A stretch of DNA of 64,000 nucleotides from Diplonema japonicum (lineage: Eukaryota > Protista > Euglenozoa: Diplonemea): NCBI GenBank assembly GCA_964019335.1, contig OZ025762.1, positions 62,001-126,000 on the forward strand. Reading direction: 5' to 3'. The notes under the pieces are model-generated. The model had not been told where the DNA came from, searched no databases, and was given only the letters and a program-made list of their open reading frames with translations. Shown here in pieces: positions 62,648 to 64,000 of this stretch. Position 1 is the stretch's first letter; the number at the start of each line of letters is the position of its first letter. The position numbers and the translations under genes were made by a program.

Positions 62648-64000
62648 TCAAATAATTGTCTCATCTGCAAACCTAGTCTTTAATGGGCAAAATGAAGGCA
62701 CACCATGGCACAGACTGAGATAGTGCATGTTGTAGTAACTATGCTTCTGAGCTGGAGTGCCTCCCTCTTCTAGCACTTCTCCCAAGTTGCTAACTGAGAG
62801 AATCCTAACAGATGGTAGTTCTGACATTTCCTGGCCAAAGCCGCCTTCGTCTTTACTAGGAATGAAGGGCTTGTAAGACTCGTACTTCGGGAAGAGGCAC
62901 GCAAAGTGGGTGAGCTCCTCGAACACATGCTGCCGCGTCTCGCTTGCATCGTCGTAGACACCGATGTAGGTGCTGATGATGATGTGCAGAACCACATCCA
63001 CGAACACCACCTTCGACACAAACATCCCTGCCAGCGTCTTCATGAGCATCCTCGCAATGAACAGCGGTGTGAACAAGTTTTTTATAACTGCTATCCCTTC
63101 TGACTTCAGAGCCACCAAGTGATCGGCCATGTGTACCCCCAGTATCAGAAAACCAAGGCCAAGGAACTGCAGGACTATCGCAATCCGTGATAGCCTCGTC
63201 ATCAGTGCATCTGCCGTGTCTCGCGTCACCGCCCGAAGAAGCTTGTCGTGAAATACCAAGAACAACCCCATGCTGGCGGTGATGAGGACAGCCGTTGCCA
63301 TCACAGGAGCCGTCCCCACCACCACAAGAAGAAGGGCCATGATGGCCATCACAATGGGAAGTGCCGAGGCCTGCAAGATGATCAGCATCCACGAGGTCAC
63401 ACGGACACCAGGGAACATCAGCTTCGACATCTTCAAACCGCCCTGAAGACCAAGCATCAGGCCCAGAACACCAGGGGCAAGTGACTTCAATGCTTGCACA
63501 GCACCCAGAAGGAAGGGTAGGTAGACAATGTACCTCAAGAGGAGGCCTACGAAAGTCATCACAAGCTGAGATGCAGAAATCGTATCGGTAGAGGTGTCAA
63601 TGAGCTGCAGGCCCTCTGTCACGGTGTTCGCCATGTCGTCGATGTGCATGCTGCAGATGGAACCAACGTCTGCAGGCTTCCCGTTGCTCAGCCGCATCTC
63701 GAACCCCACGGCGGTGTAGACCTCGTTGACGAGGTTGAGGGTGTACTTGCAAAGATCCTGAACCTGCTCCTTGGGGGGTACGATGTCCATCCAGGGGACG
63801 AAGAAGTAGATGAAAGGGAGGAAGAAGACAAGGAACCAGCCGAAAGTGACGAGGCGGATGCTTTGATGGTAAGAGATCCACCTCCAGGCGGAGGCGGAGT
63901 AGAAGAAAATGGCGAATATGGACTGAACAAGAGGGATGAAATCCAAAAGCTGCTCCCTCGCCCTGTCCCTGAGGAGGAAGTTGTCGCTGGTGATGAGGTC
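62648..64000 (-). CDS. Multipass membrane protein family, copy 10; 5'-partial
   Basis: Family motifs present; the frame runs off the window end. Confidence 0.88.
   Translation of the reverse strand, partial: DLITSDNFLLRDRAREQLLDFIPLVQSIFAIFFYSASAWRWISYHQSIRLVTFGWFLVFFLPFIYFFVPWMDIVPPKEQVQDLCKYTLNLVNEVYTAVGFEMRLSNGKPADVGSICSMHIDDMANTVTEGLQLIDTSTDTISASQLVMTFVGLLLRYIVYLPFLLGAVQALKSLAPGVLGLMLGLQGGLKMSKLMFPGVRVTSWMLIILQASALPIVMAIMALLLVVVGTAPVMATAVLITASMGLFLVFHDKLLRAVTRDTADALMTRLSRIAIVLQFLGLGFLILGVHMADHLVALKSEGIAVIKNLFTPLFIARMLMKTLAGMFVSKVVFVDVVLHIIISTYIGVYDDASETRQHVFEELTHFACLFPKYESYKPFIPSKDEGGFGQEMSELPSVRILSVSNLGEVLEEGGTPAQKHSYYNMHYLSLCHGVPSFCPLKTRFADETII

Overview
This is eukaryotic DNA, most likely from a euglenozoan (diplonemid-like) protist. 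The evidence is a 39-nt spliced-leader (SL) exon at 17120-17158 (-), intronless genes preceded by pyrimidine-rich AG acceptors, and all host genes from 18.6 to 64 kb lying on the minus strand. The first ~17 kb is a retroelement pile-up between a plus-strand pseudokinase and that minus-strand cluster. It holds a decayed LINE 3' end, a gag/tyrosine-recombinase/RT (VIPER/TATE-like) element cut by an assembly gap, tandem repeats, and a ~10.8-kb CRE/SLACS-like non-LTR retrotransposon. The CRE/SLACS-like element is the main finding. It starts exactly with the SL exon and is flanked by a 52-bp direct repeat. Its reconstructed ~2,800-aa polyprotein combines an AlkB-like 2OG-Fe(II) dioxygenase, hydrophobic segments, zinc fingers, an OTU-like cysteine protease, RT, a restriction-like endonuclease and a ~690-aa C-terminal extension. 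This copy is disrupted by a frameshift and an internal 1.8-kb duplication. The rest of the window holds ten copies of an unnamed multipass membrane-protein family showing mosaicism, a secreted glycoside-hydrolase-like gene, a Ser/Thr kinase, a decaying ankyrin gene, an iGluR-like channel, a head-to-tail train of Crypton-like relics, and a TA-flanked MITE whose empty site is also visible in the window. All domain calls come from reading motifs by eye; no searches were run.
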